A stretch of DNA of 63,885 nt, filler included, from Octopus bimaculoides (GCF_001194135.2; 7 parts of 7 records of this genome joined end to end with filler, not necessarily neighbours in it), one strand, 5' to 3'. Shown: positions 38,001 to 51,302, counted from the whole stretch's first letter. A program made the numbers and translations. The notes: generated from the sequence alone by a model not told the origin.

Positions 38001-39759
38001 TTTTCTCATGCTGTAACCAAACTAAATATATTTTCATTAGTTTTTGACAAATTCCGAAACACCCAACACTTGTGTTTCTTGAACAAGTGTTTGAAATAGG
38101 CCTCACCGAAATTATGCCTTCAATCATTAAACTATCTAGCAAGTTGTGATAATCGAAGTCTTCACATGCTAGATTTCATCACCAGAATTAATGGATATGG
38201 AAAATACAAATTTCAAAGAAGAGATATATTTATGGACACACATATTTCAATGGTGTCAACATTTGTCTCCGCTATATATTCAGGAAATATAACCTATAAA
38301 ACAGAAGTGTAAGCTTTCAGTCGCATGATAATTTTGAAGGATAATAAATCTGATAATCGAATGCTACTACCAGAATTTGGCTGAGCTTCCGTTTGAAGAA
38401 AAAAGTATAAACTCACCTTATAAGATATGCACAGGTAACAAGTAATTTACGCCAACAATACACCAAAGCTATAAAATACACGATGGAGGGGGCGAAAACT
38501 GTAATTTAATCCAACCTTCTAATGCAACGAATTGTAGAGCTGTTAACAGTCATCTATAAATAGTAGGAGAATGCTTTCCTATGAATATGTAAACCAAACA
38601 CATTCTCCAACAGGATTCTCATGCAATTAACGAGAAACACAAATAATTTAAGAGTGCTTCTCATATAATATCAACAAAACACCGGAAGAAATATCAAATT
38701 CAAGTAATTCCACCTGATTCTTACGGACACCTACGAATTTGCCCAAGAAAATTATGAAATATATTGATAAGGAATTGGCTGTTATTACACATACAGCACC
38801 AAACATCAACCTGAATGTGAAAACCCTAGCTGTTAGATATATGAAAATTAGAAATATATTCATCTGTCTACGTATATGTCTGCGTGTATGCTTTTATGTA
38901 TTATATGTTTGTATGTGACTATGTTTGTGTATGAGAATCTCTATCTTTCTCTTTCTTTGTCTCTCTCTCTCTCTTTCTGTGTCTCTCTATCTTCCATTGT
39001 CTGTCTCTCTGTATGAATACAGGGAAGAAGTCAAACCGTTACCCAGTAAGACCACTTCTTAAGCTAAGTGTATGCAAATGTTCCAAGAATTCAAGAAGTC
39101 CCTCAGCGCGAATTCGAAGTTGCTTTGAGTGGGTAAAGTGTTGCACAGCAATAAACTGCGGTTGCATATTACTCAAATCATAGAAATTGCGAACCAGGAC
39201 GCCTCTACATACGTACACCTGTTACTATCACCAACCATCACCCATATATATATATATATATATATANNNNNNNNNNNNNNNNNNNNNNNNNNNNNNNNNN
39301 NNNNNNNNNNTTAATTAATTAANNNNNNNNNNNNNNNNNNNNNNNNNNNNNNNNNNNNNNNNNNNNCTTATTAAAACTTCAGAAGTTCTTACAACGTTGG
39401 TCGTCGTAATGCGTTGCTTTCGCTTTCGTTTGTTTAATAAAAATTCCTCCTCGTAATGATTTTGCTTTCATTTTGTGATAGACAGCTATCGTGCAGAAAA
39501 CGCTAGCTTCCAAATCCTGTTTCCTGATTAGGTAAAACTGATTAAATTTTAAACCTCAGTAACACTTTTCTGCAATTTCCCTGGAACAAATAAATAACAA
39601 AATCGGATTTAATGTGGAAAATTATTTCAATATACCAAATTTGAAAATTTTGACGAAATTTTAAAATTTCACAATATGTGACAACGTCAGGGAAGACCCT
39701 ATAGAAGTAGAGAGACAGGTAGTTATAGGACGTGACGTACGCACACACACACGTGCGCG

Positions 39760-39790
<31 letters not shown>

Positions 39791-39871
39791 ACATTTACTA
39801 ACGTACACATAAGTTACCACGAGTTTAAAATGGAGTATAGTAGACATATGTATGTATGTATGTATGTATGA

Positions 39872-39919
<48 letters not shown>

Positions 39920-40432
39920 CTGTGTCTGAGTGTTTTTTTGCGATGGACACACCCACCTTTCTTTCCCTTCCTTGGCGTTTTAAAAGTTACTTAAGTGTAT
40001 TTGCATGTGTGCAGTGAATGTGTGTGTGTATATATGTGTGTATGCATGCATGTATCTATGTATTTACGAAAGTATGTATACAGCGTCGCGTGTATATCCC
40101 TGAATGACAGCTGTATTAACGTTAACGTCCCACTGCCAATCCATATTTGTCGCTTACAGAATGCTGCTCTCCCTTTCCCTAATATCAATCACACTCATTA
40201 TGCCACCACATTTCCCTCATACTAACACTCTTGCACCCTTCTCATTTTATCAAATAATAGCTCACCCCATCCCATTATAGATTTTTATTGAAATCCAGTT
40301 AGCTTATAATTTAACTGGATGTTAGTTTAACGTATATACAAAGTTTCGTCAAGATTAGTTCACTGGTGTAGGCAGTAAGATGGTGGTAACAGATAGATCG
40401 ACAAACAGAAATTGCTATTTATGTATAAGATA

Positions 40433-41262
40433 CAGGGTGCGATGGGTAAATTGTCATCTTTTCATATTTTTAATTACGTGCATGCGCATTGTTTGTTTTT
40501 TATTTTGTCGACTACGCAGTATAGTAGGGTCAGTTTGGCACCGTCAGTGAGAAAAAAAGCACCATGACGCAACGACATGCTGTGCTGTTAGGCACTCGCA
40601 CCGAAAGCTCCAATACAAACATTTTAAAGTGTTTGGGTGTCAATCTGAGGATTTGGAAAGAGTTGGGTGAATCTAATGGTTATTACGAAGGTGTTTGGAG
40701 AGATCTCTAGTGATGGCGACGTTATGCTTCCATTCATCTTCCAACGCGGTCTCAGACTCAACACATAGGCCTACATCAAGTGCTTTGAGGAGGTAGTGCT
40801 GCCCGGGATCAAGAGGTTGATTGCTGGAAGACCCTATGTCACAACAGGACTCTGCATCATGCCACACAAGCAGGAGAACCCAGTCATGGCTGTCAGACAA
40901 TTTCTGTGACCACATCACTCTTAACATCTGGCCACCTAACTCCTCAGACCGCAACCCCTTGATTATTATGTGTGGGGTGCAGTTGAGCACGACAGATGAA
41001 CTGAAGGCAAGAATTATGGCAGCATTGACTGTCCAGAAGGGGATTCCGGAGTTGTCTGGAGGTCATGGTTGAAGCCAATGGCAATTTTATTGAATAAATT
41101 TACTCTTTAGTATTTTCAGGATATTTTAATGTAATTTTGGTGAATATATCTGTTAAAATGAGATGTCAGTGTTATTTTCATTATTGTGTAATTTAGACGA
41201 CAATTTATTCACCACACCAAGTACGCGCACGCGCACATATGTATGTATGTATGTATGTATGC

Positions 41263-41293
<31 letters not shown>

Positions 41294-41356
41294 ATGAAAT
41301 GTAAAGGTAAGATCATTTTTGCGTAGTTTAGACGACAGTTTATTCACTGCACCCTG
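40433..41356 (+). mobile_element. Tc1/mariner DD37D (maT-like) deletion derivative with TIRs
   Basis: TIRs CAGGGTGC..TG..TAAA.TGTC at both ends; QQDSASCH...WPPNSSDRNP(L)DYY gives 37 residues between catalytic D2 and D3 once a 1-nt frameshift is corrected. Confidence 0.88.
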
Positions 41357-41783
41357 CATATATACAATTAATAACGAAGAGGAGAGTGGAGATTTATTAA
41401 CATCCAAAATTCTTTATTAAAATGTTTTCTACAGCATGTATAACTCTGACCAACATATGTTTTGGCTGCAGCGACAACACATTGCTCTATATGCAATTAT
41501 GTATTCTAGTCGCTGCAGTTTCATCAAAAGGTCCATCACTCACGACGTTTTCAAAATGAGCTGATCCAAACAAGCGTCCTGCGTTGGTATTCAGCTGTAG
41601 GTGATAGCGTTACTTTTTAAATCCAATAACATATGGTTCACGATAGGGTAAAACAATTATGAAGGCACTGTGTGTTTGTAGGATACTGTTGATGTGTAAG
41701 TACCAAATCTAATTTAAACCGTTGACCGGACTCGGGGCTGGTTCTAGGTGTGGCGTTAGTATAAAAAAAACAAAACAAATGGG

Positions 41784-41884
41784 GTTTAAAATTTATGACA
41801 GTTGTTTCGGCAGAACTTTATATTGATGTATTCATAGATTACATCATAGCATACAATCCACCATCTTCAGATAAAATTTTAAAG
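41784..41884 (-). ncRNA. Type-I hammerhead ribozyme, intact core, extended helix II
   Basis: Minus: TTTAAAATTTTAT-CTGAAGA-T-GGTGGA...TCTGCC-GAAAC(AACT)GTC-ATAAATTTTAAA; 12-bp helix I with one bulge; predicted GUC cleavage between 41797 and 41796. Confidence 0.85.
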
Positions 41885-41963
41885 TTATAAACAGGTGAAG
41901 TAAAACCTTGATGATGACATATGCAACACCATATTGGATAAGTGCTATTTTAATATCTATCTA

Positions 41964-42003
<40 letters not shown>

Positions 42004-42147
42004 NNNNNNNNNNNNNNNNNNNNNNNNNNNNNNNNNNNNNNNNNNNNNNNNNNNNNNNNNNNNNNNNNNNNNNNNNNNNNNNNNNNNNNNNNNNNNNNNN
42101 NNNNNNNNNNNNNNNNNNNNNNNNNNNNNNNNNNNNNNNNNNNNNNN

Positions 42148-42202
<55 letters not shown>

Positions 42203-42302
42203 CATAGGTCTATCACATAATCAGATCTAGCCCTTGAGTCACGTGAGCTTTTGCAGCTAAATGTCAAACACGTACATACATATCTGTCTATTATTATATA
42301 AC

Positions 42303-42335
<33 letters not shown>

Positions 42336-42508
42336 GCACACACGCAGACACAGGCACACACATACGAACATACACAGAGACACAGACACACACACATATA
42401 CACATACACACAGACACACACGCATATCACTGTTTTTCTTTTGAATCAGAGTGACGTGATACAATTGTTGCATGCTGACTGTTATGTCATAACAAATGAC
42501 TACACAAC

Positions 42509-42565
<57 letters not shown>

Positions 42566-42574
42566 CATCCATCC

Positions 42575-42634
<60 letters not shown>

Positions 42635-42754
42635 CTATAAACATATACACACATCTTTCTTCATAACTGTGTCCCCTCTCTTTCTCTCTCCCTCTCTCTC
42701 TCTCTCTCATTATATGTTACTGAATCTGTCGTCTGTTACCCAATATCTTATCAT

Positions 42755-42796
<42 letters not shown>

Positions 42797-44053
42797 TTTT
42801 CCTTTACTCTATATTATGACTATCATGAAATACATTCTCATTTTCTCTAGTTNNNNNNNNNNNNNNNNNNNNNNNNNNNNNNNNNNNNNNNNNNNNNNNN
42901 NNNNNNNNNNNNNNNNNNNNNNNNNNNNNNNNNNNNNNNNNNNNNNNNNNNNNNNNNNNNNNNNNNNNNNNNNNNNNNNNNNNNNNNNNNNNNNNNNNNN
43001 NNNNNNNNNNNNNNNNNNNNNNNNNNNNNNNNNNNNNNNNNNNNNNNNNNNNNNNNNNNNNNNNNNNNNNNNNNNNNNNNNNNNNNNNNNNNNNNNNNNN
43101 NNNNNNNNNNNNNNNNNNNNNNNNNNNNNNNNNNNNNNNNNNNNNNNNNNNNNNNNNNNNNNNNNNNNNNNNNNNNNNNNNNNNNNNNNNNNNNNNNNNN
43201 NNNNNNNNNNNNNNNNNNNNNNNNNNNNNNNNNNNNNNNNNNNNNNNNNNNNNNNNNNNNNNNNNNNNNNNNNNNNNNNNNNNNNNNNNNNNNNNNNNNN
43301 NNNNNNNNNNNNNNNNNNNNNNNNNNNNNNNNNNNNNNNNNNNNNNNNNNNNNNNNNNNNNNNNNNNNNNNNNNNNNNNNNNNNNNNNNNNNNNNNNNNN
43401 NNNNNNNNNNNNNNNNNNNNNNNNNNNNNNNNNNNNNNNNNNNNNNNNNNNNNNNNNNNNNNNNNNNNNNNNNCCTATCAATCTTCTCTCTCTTTCCTCC
43501 CACTCTCTTTCCTCCCACTCTCTTTTACGTTCTTCCATCCTCTCCTCGTTTAATCTTATTCGCTCTCACTCTTATTTCTTCCCTCTCTCCACCCTCTATC
43601 TCACACCCAATCAATTCTTTCTCTTTCTTTCTCTCTCAGTCAAATTCTCTCTGTCAGTTTGCATCTTTGATATTTTGATAAACCCGCCTTCTCTCCCTCC
43701 TCCTCTCTCTCATCTCTCCATTTGTATTTTTTCTGTTTTCTTTTCCTACTTATTCTTTCTCTTTTCACTATCTCCCGTTCTATTCATGAAACTGTCACAT
43801 TCTTTCTTTCTTTTTCATTCTTGTCTTTCCATTTTCATTCTTTCTTTTTTATTTCGTTCCTTTGTTTCTTTCTTTATCTCCCCATCTCTCTAATTTCTCC
43901 TCCCTCTATTTTCCTCTTCATTTTTCTCTATATCATTTTATCACTTCTATATATCTATTGAAATGATATCTATTTCTATATATCAGTAGTTTGATAACAG
44001 CTAACGTACGAAACTCTCAATGCCTAATCACTCTGTTGCTTCTGACATATATA

Positions 44054-44960
44054 TTGGGTCATCCCACAAATAATGCAGTTTTTTAAATTGCATGAATTAT
44101 AAGTCGGAGGGGGACGGAATGAACTATCTACATCAACTTGCTATAAAAGCAGGTAGTAATTTTACCTTGGACTAATTCTTAGTGCAAGATTTGAAGAGTG
44201 CAGTTCGATTTTAACAGTTATTTTTTTCAAAGCTATAATGGAAGTGACAAAAGACCATATTCGGTATATTTTGCTTTATGAGTTCAATAAAGACAACAAC
44301 GCAACGAAAAGTGCGAGGAATATTAATGCAGTAGATGGGGATCGGACAACAAGCGCAAACCAGTGTCAACGGTGGTTCCAGAAATTCCGAGCCGGAAACT
44401 ACAGCCGAGAAAATGAGCCTCGTTCTAGAAGATATGTAAAGCTCAACGAGGTCGTCCTACAAACCCTGGGGGAACAAAATCATTTCGTAACTGTTGAAGA
44501 ACTAGCAGAGAAGCTTGGATTTAAGCATTCAACTAGGCATTCAAGTCAGCGCTAGAAAAAAAAAATGACCATGTTTGATTTCAAGACGAAAGGTGTTCTT
44601 CCTTTCGGATGATTAATACTCGGTGACATACAGCGAGGATGACATTCCAAAGGCTGGAGCATTTTGAATGGGAAACGATGTCCCACCAAGACATTGCCCC
44701 ATCTGATTACCTTTTATTCCGCAGTCTTCGGAATCATTCGGACGGGGAAAATATGAATTCTGTAGACGACGTCAGAACAGTAGTGCAGGAGTATTTTTCT
44801 CCACAGACAAGTAAATTTTGGAAGAGAAGCCTTGAAAATTTATCAGACAGAGCATTGTAGAAAATGAAGGAGAGTATATTTTAGATTTCAAAAAGAACTT
44901 TGTATATATTAATTTTGAAAAATATAAGAAGTATAAAATTTTTTACTTCATTTAATGTTT
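44054..44960 (+). mobile_element. mariner (DD34D) element, internally deleted, right TIR lost in gap
   Basis: TA|TTGGGTCATCCC left TIR; HTH MEVTKDHIRYILLYEF...QCQRWFQKFRAGNYS; C-terminal WETMSH..DIAPSDYLLFRSLRNH. Confidence 0.9.
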
Positions 44961-45475
44961 NNNNNNNNNNNNNNNNNNNNNNNNNNNNNNNNNNNNNNNN
45001 NNNNNNNNNNNNNNNNNNNNNNNNNNNNNNNNNNNNNNNNNNNNNNNNNNNNNNNNNNNNNNNNNNNNNNNNNNNNNNNNNNNNNNNNNNNNNNNNNNNN
45101 NNNNNNNNNNNNNNNNNNNNNNNNNNNNNNNNNNNNNNNNNNNNNNNNNNNNNNNNNNNNNNNNNNNNNNNNNNNNNNNNNNNNNNNNNNNNNNNNNNNN
45201 NNNNNNNNNNNNNNNNNNNNNNNNNNNNNNNNNNNNNNNNNNNNNNNNNNNNNNNNNNNNNNNNNNNNNNNNNNNNNNNNNNNNNNNNNNNNNNNNNNNN
45301 NNNNNNNNNNNNNNNNNNNNNNNNNNNNNNNNNNNNNNNNNNNNNNNNNNNNNNNNNNNNNNNNNNNNNNNNNNNNNNNNNNNNNNNNNNNNNNNNNNNN
45401 NNNNNNNNNNNNNNNNNNNNNNNNNNNNNNNNNNNNNNNNNNNNNNNNNNNNNNNNNNNNNNNNNNNNNNNNNNN

Positions 45476-46110
45476 TTCAAGTTGATGGTCAAGCCAAAAT
45501 CATCACAAGCTGAGTCAAATGCAGATACAAGAGATTGCAGATTTGTTTCAGAATGACTGACAAGATCGCAATCCTCAGCGTATAAAAGTTCCCTAATGAG
45601 GGAAGTAAAAACCTTCGTTTTGAATTTCTGTCTGGTCAGATTAAAAACATTCCCTGTTGTTCGATATTTTATGTAAATACACCTCCTCAGAGTTTTGAAA
45701 AGCGTGTGACAACACAACTGCAAAGTATATTGCAAGGAGGGTGGGTGCATCAAGATCTCCTTGTTTTACTCCATTTTCCACGGCAAAAGATTCTATCGTC
45801 CTTGTGTCAGCAGATGATGATCTATTCAAAAGTGCAGAAAAAATGTTCTGCCCAGCGCTTATGAATAGAAGTGGTGTCAGTCAGAAGTAAATGCCCATTT
45901 CCTATTCTCACTAGAACTATTGAAGAAGATTTTGGGCCATATGCCTTCTTAACATAAGAGTACAAACCCTTGGCATCATTTCTATCAGATGCTTCTTGTG
46001 CCCCTTTTGCTCTATCATTCCACTGTTCCTGTTTAAGTTTTCTTCGAGCAGTCTGAACTTTCCCTTTCAGCTTTCTGTAAGCCCAACTGACCCTGCTATA
46101 CTGTGTAGTT
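45476..46110 (-). mobile_element. RTE (BovB-like) LINE ORF2 relic with a large internal deletion
   Basis: KRWAEHF joined almost directly to FAVENGVKQGDLDAPTLLAIYF...RELLYAEDCDLVSHSE...FGLTINL. Confidence 0.88.
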
Positions 46111-47002
46111 GACAAAATCAAAAACAAACTATACGCACGCGCGAAATAAAANNNNNNNNNNTACAACACACAAACATACAACATACAACACATATACATA
46201 CAAGGTACAACAGATATAGATACAACACATATATATGCATATGCACACTCATAAAATGTCAGAAACTCAACAGTAGAAACGAGAAGAGCAGTTTAGAGGT
46301 TGATTATTTGAAACTTTAAACTCTAAACTTCCTCAGATGAAACAAGAACTAAGAGTCAAAGCTGAAAAAGTAAAAATATAAATTACCATAAATCTGCATA
46401 AATTAGAAACACTTTATAATGTTGAGCAGACTATTTTCCAGAGAACTTAAATCAGTCTGTCGTAGCGTCATCATAAACCACCTCTTAATCTCTGTAAAAA
46501 ATACTCTTATCGGACGAAAATGTTGAAAGATACTGGTGGTGTATATGGGTAACACATGATACTTACAATAATAACTAGAGCAGAGATGCTGCTAATACTT
46601 TCAGCGAAGAATATTTGGACTTAAGGAATATTACCGAAAGCAACTCTGCAGAAAATGGCTTAGAAAATTCACAGGCATAGATCTTATAACAGGATATTGA
46701 TAGAAGCATCTTACGTTTTGTTTGCTGAGATTTGATAACAGTTTGGAAAGAGCGTGACGCCCAAATTGCCTGCAAGCTGCTCTTATTTTACTCAATAAAA
46801 AGCACGTACTGACAAATATACGCACACATCTGCATGGTAGTAATTATTTCTCAATCACTGGACAAAACATTATTGTGAGTAGTCCATAATGAAAACCATA
46901 AACAAAACCCAAAGGCCCAATCCTTGTAGCAGGATATTAATATAACATTAACTGCCGGTATGGACACCTTATTTTATTTTGTTGTCATAGTATACTACCA
47001 AG

Positions 47003-47391
47003 TATGTGTGTTGGCACTCCGTCGCTTACGACGTCGAGGGTTCCAGTTGATCCGATCAACGAAACAGCCTGCTCGTGAGATTAACGTGCAAGTGGCTAAG
47101 CACTCCACAGACACATGTACCCTTAACGTAGTTCTCGGGGATATTCAGCGTGACACAGAGTGTGACAAGGCTGACCCTTTGAATTACAGGTACAACAGAA
47201 ACAGGAAGTAAGAGTTAGAGAAAGTTGTGGTGATAGAGTACAACAGGGTTTACCACCATACCCTGCTGGAGCCTCGTGGAGCTTTAGGTGTTTTCGCTCA
47301 ATAAACACTCACAACGCCCGGTTTGGGAATCGAAACTGCGATCCTATGACCGCGAGTCCGCTGCCCTAACCACTGGGCCATTGCGCCTCCA
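47003..47391 (-). mobile_element. tRNA(Arg-like)-headed SINE family C, full length
   Basis: Head TGGAGGCGCAATGGCCCAGTGGTTAGGGCAGCGGACTCGCGGTC...TTTCGATTCCC on minus; body matches 32290-32706. Confidence 0.9.
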
Positions 47392-47483
47392 ACTACCAAG
47401 TATAATAATGATTTATAGGTCAATGTTATGTCCTGTTTGTTGTGTTAGCAGTGCAATTCGACCACTTTAAGTTTTCTCTGTAA

Positions 47484-47880
47484 CAAGGGTCACCAAACTA
47501 CGGGCCACGAGGTCAGTTCATCCGGCCCGCTACCGCACTGTACTTTTGGTGCAAGTACCTGCAATGAGAGTTCATTTGCCTCTGGTTTGGCATCAGAATG
47601 TCAAACAACTTAGGAACAGCTTAGAAACAACTTATGTCTGTGAGCAAACATTTTCAAAAATGAAGTATATAAAGTCAGCACATCAAACGAGGTTGACTGA
47701 TGAACATTTGAAAGCAATTCTGTTGGCTGGATGCAGCAATTCCAAAGCAAATATTGATGATATCTTCAAAGTTAAGCACCAGTTTCACAAATCTCACCAA
47801 CCATTTTTGCTGCTTAGTTTGTGAGATTCGGATATGTGTGCTCTGTCTGTGATGTAACCAGCTTACTGCTAATGAAGCCT
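47484..47880 (+). mobile_element. hAT (Buster/Charlie/SPIN-like) deletion derivative
   Basis: Left end CAAGGGTCACCAAACTACGG...ATCCGGCCCGC; hATC motif TYVCEQTFSKMKYIKSAHQTRLTDEHL. Confidence 0.82.
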
Positions 47881-49257
47881 TCTTTGATAACTTTTTGGTA
47901 AATAAATTCGTTGGTTGTCTTTATTTTTTGTGTATTAAACAAAATGGTTATGCGTATGGAACACGAGGACACGAATGGAATAAAGAGGACACGTATGGAA
48001 CATTGAAGAAGGGTTCGAAAATCCAGTACCCAAGATACACTTTCAGTTTCATACCTATTATTATTGAAGCAGCATGGTAAGTACCAAACCGCTTGGAGTA
48101 AAGTAGGATTCTTGAGGAAAGAAAGCAATTCCTTGATTTAGACGTTACATATAATTCTCGTATCTGGAACAATAAAAGTGTGCAAGATATTCTTTAGTTT
48201 TAAAGAATGATAAACTAAAAGAGAGAGAAAAAAAGACGCTTTCTTTCACAACTTTGCCACAAAGCAGGTTAAAGTTAAGTCTTAAATTTAAGAGAGGAAA
48301 ATAAAATAAACAAGCACACGCGCGCGCGCATACACACTTATGCGTGCGCGCCCACATACACTTATTATACGTATATGCACACACATATATACATACATAT
48401 TTGTATACACACACACACACATATATATATATATGCACACACATACATATATATTTACATATACACATATATACATGCATAAATACAAATATATATAGCT
48501 ATATGTATACACACACATATATGTATGCATGTATGTATGTATGTATGTATGTATATATAGATACACACACACATACATGTATGTATATCTATATGCATAC
48601 ACACACATATATACATGTATANNNNNNNNNNNNNNNNNNNNNNNNNNNNNNNNNNNNNNNNNNNNTTAATTAATTAANNNNNNNNNNNNNNNNNNNNNNN
48701 NNNNNNNNNNNNNNNNNNNNNGTACTATATTATCACACTGTATTTCTCACTTCACTACTCCTTTAAACTGGATTAACACATCAGGCTGGATTAAGAGGAG
48801 GATTATAGTAAACACTACACCTCTGAGAATGTTTTACTGGGTTAAGTATTATCAGAATATTGATCTGCTTAATTCTAGTGTTCCATTCTTAACTCTGATC
48901 GGATTTTAGGTTTTTTTTAAAACTCTGCCTTTTTTTTTTCTCTTTAGCTTTATTGCAACCGTATATGCATTTACTGCACTCGTAATGCATGTTGCTACCT
49001 TTTCCCCATGATTCTGATTCTCAAATATCTGGGCCTGCATTGTAGCTGCTATATACAAACATTTAAGACTACGTCTAAAAGAGCCAATGTAGGACCCTCT
49101 GTGTGTCACACCCTATCAAAAATAGCTGCCAAATCTCCTCAAATCACAACTCACTGTTTTAAAAAACAACATGTTTGACAATGTAGTCTTGAGTAGACAG
49201 TACCTTTCTCTGCAGAGTCAAAACCCTAACTATGAAGGAGAAACAGCAAGATTGCCC

Positions 49258-49985
49258 TTAACCCTTTCATTACCAACCTGGCTGAAACCACCTCTGGCTC
49301 TGTAGTACAAATGTCTTGTTTTCATAAGTTTTGAATTAAGATCTTCCACCAAACCTTAGTCACAATTTATGTTCCTAACACTAGCTGAATGATAAATAAG
49401 TTATTTTACTAAATTCTTTGTTATATTTAAAATTAATTGAAAGAAACATAGAGCATCTCAAAATAAATAAGGTTACAAAAGGGTTAAAATATATAAGTGA
49501 GAAACAATTCTTAACCTTTTCAATACCAACCCGGCTGAAACTGCCTCTGAGTACAAATGTGTTGTTTTCATAAGTTTAGAATTAAAATCTTCCACTAAAC
49601 CTTAGTCACAATTTATGTTCCTAACACTAGCTGAATGATAACTAAGTTATTTGACTAAATTCTTTGTTATATTTAAAGTAATTGAAAGAAACAGAGAGCA
49701 TCTCAAAATAAATACGGTAACAAAAGGGTTAAAATATATATAATAGAGAAACAATTCTTAACCCTTTCGATACCAACCCGGCTGAAACCAGCTCTGGCTC
49801 TGAGTACAAATGTCTTGTTTTCATAAGTTTTGAATTAAGATCTTCCACCAAACCTTAGTCACAATTTATGTTCTTAACACTAGCTGAATGATAACTAAGT
49901 TATTTGACTAAATTCTTTGTTATATTTAAAGTAACTGAAAGAAACAGAGAGCATCTCAACAGAAATACAGCAATGAAAGGGTTAG
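49258..49985. mobile_element. Three tandem piggyBac-like MITEs (49262-49483, 49515-49728, 49762-49981)
   Basis: Each runs TTAA|CC(C/T)TT...AAGGG|TTAA (last flank TTAG), is ~220 bp and similar to the others; separated by a repeated ~24-bp spacer. Confidence 0.88.
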
Positions 49986-50789
49986 TGGTAGATACACTGG
50001 CTTTCCAGGGCTCAAAATATCTCATAGCATGAGCACAAATCATTGAGAAGATTTATAGATACATGATCAGTGTCATCCAGGTCATATTGAATGCTATATT
50101 CTGCAGAGCTCTGCATCCTAATCGAAGACGAAGCCCACTCAACAGTATTTTGAGAGTACTGGCAGTGACATAAAACATTAAACTGAAGACTGACCAAATC
50201 AAATAAGGGGACAGATTCCTGTGTAGCATGGTGAGATGTATCTCAGTTGTAGCCACTTGGAAAAACAGGAAAAGGTAGGATGGTCCCGGTTGGAATGTCT
50301 GATCCTATACATCTACTGCTTGATTAGGACTGACCTGGGGTTAAACAAACAACCTCCACCACATATATATATATATATATGAAGGCCATCCCAAAACACA
50401 ACCTCTTTTACCTTTACTATTATTACCTGTACAATGGCCTCTGTTCCTTTAAACTACCAGTTTTAGCTACCCTCTTTCCACCCAGGCCACCTAACCTGAT
50501 TCCTGCCTACCACCCCCTCTCTCTCTCTTTCCTGTCACTTTCTACTCAGCCCCTCTACCCCAGTGACAATAAATATACAAATTCATATTTATATCTGGCA
50601 ACCATTAACTTACAACTTTTCAACAGCAATGTTAACCTGGTCAATCTCACAATGCTACACATCCAGCATTGATCATGGCCACAACTTCTTCCTCCAGACC
50701 AAAGGTTCTCAAGGAGGCATTAGGCTATAGGGGGCAGTGAGGTAACATTATGAAAACACTGAATTTTATCTATAGTAGTAATTACATTG

Positions 50790-51302
50790 GAAATATTGCA
50801 TTTCTAAATCTCTCCGAGAGAGAGTTATACAGGAGCAGCAGGATAAAGTGATGGTTTGCTGCCAACTTAATGTGGCAGTCCCAGGAAAGGGAAGAATGCT
50901 ACTGCTATTTAACCCCAGGAAACACCATTTCTAGTTGGCAATGTGACACAAGTGTTCTATGTTCCTAAGTTTTCAAACAGGGTAGATAAGCACCTCCACC
51001 CAACAATGCCAGCATCCAGAGACTAGTTTCAGGGTTGTTGCTCTTCATCGGTTTAGAGTAGTTTGGCCTTGCTAGCTGTCAGTGCTAAATTGCTGTTGAA
51101 AACTTATAGAATTTCAAGTGAAATAAATTCACTGATCTACAAAATTAGAAATATTGCATTTCTAAATCTCTCAGAGAGAGAATTATAGAGGAGCAGCACG
51201 ATAAAGTGATGGTTTGTTGCCAACTTAACGTGGCAGTCTCAGGAAAGGGAAGACTGCTACTGCTATTTAGCCAAGAAACACCGTTTCTAGTTGCCTACGT
51301 GA
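50790..51302 (+). repeat. ~155-bp direct repeats (50790-50946, 51148-51302), period 358 nt
   Basis: GAAATATTGCATTTCTAAATCTCTC...CC.TTTCTAGTTG..A.GTGA present twice. Confidence 0.9.
51015..51057 (-). ncRNA. Degenerate minimal hammerhead between the direct repeats
   Basis: Minus: TCTAAA-CCGATGA-AGAG(CAACAA)CCCT-GAAAC(TA)GTC-TCTGGA; U4 to C plus one mismatch each in helices I and II. Confidence 0.6.

Noticed and set aside
46290-46337. Minus-strand CTGAGGA followed by a perfect 9-bp stem (AGTTTAGAG/CTCTAAACT)
   Set aside because: No GAAA or cleavage triplet after the stem; only a hairpin.
47330-47391. tRNA-like sequences (also 32645-32706, 34534-34600, 21362-21450)
   Set aside because: No proper acceptor stem; they continue into SINE bodies, so they are SINE heads and not tRNA genes.
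47696-47715. CTGATGA-ACATTT-GAAA
   Set aside because: Lies in hAT transposase coding sequence (LTDEHLK); no helices.
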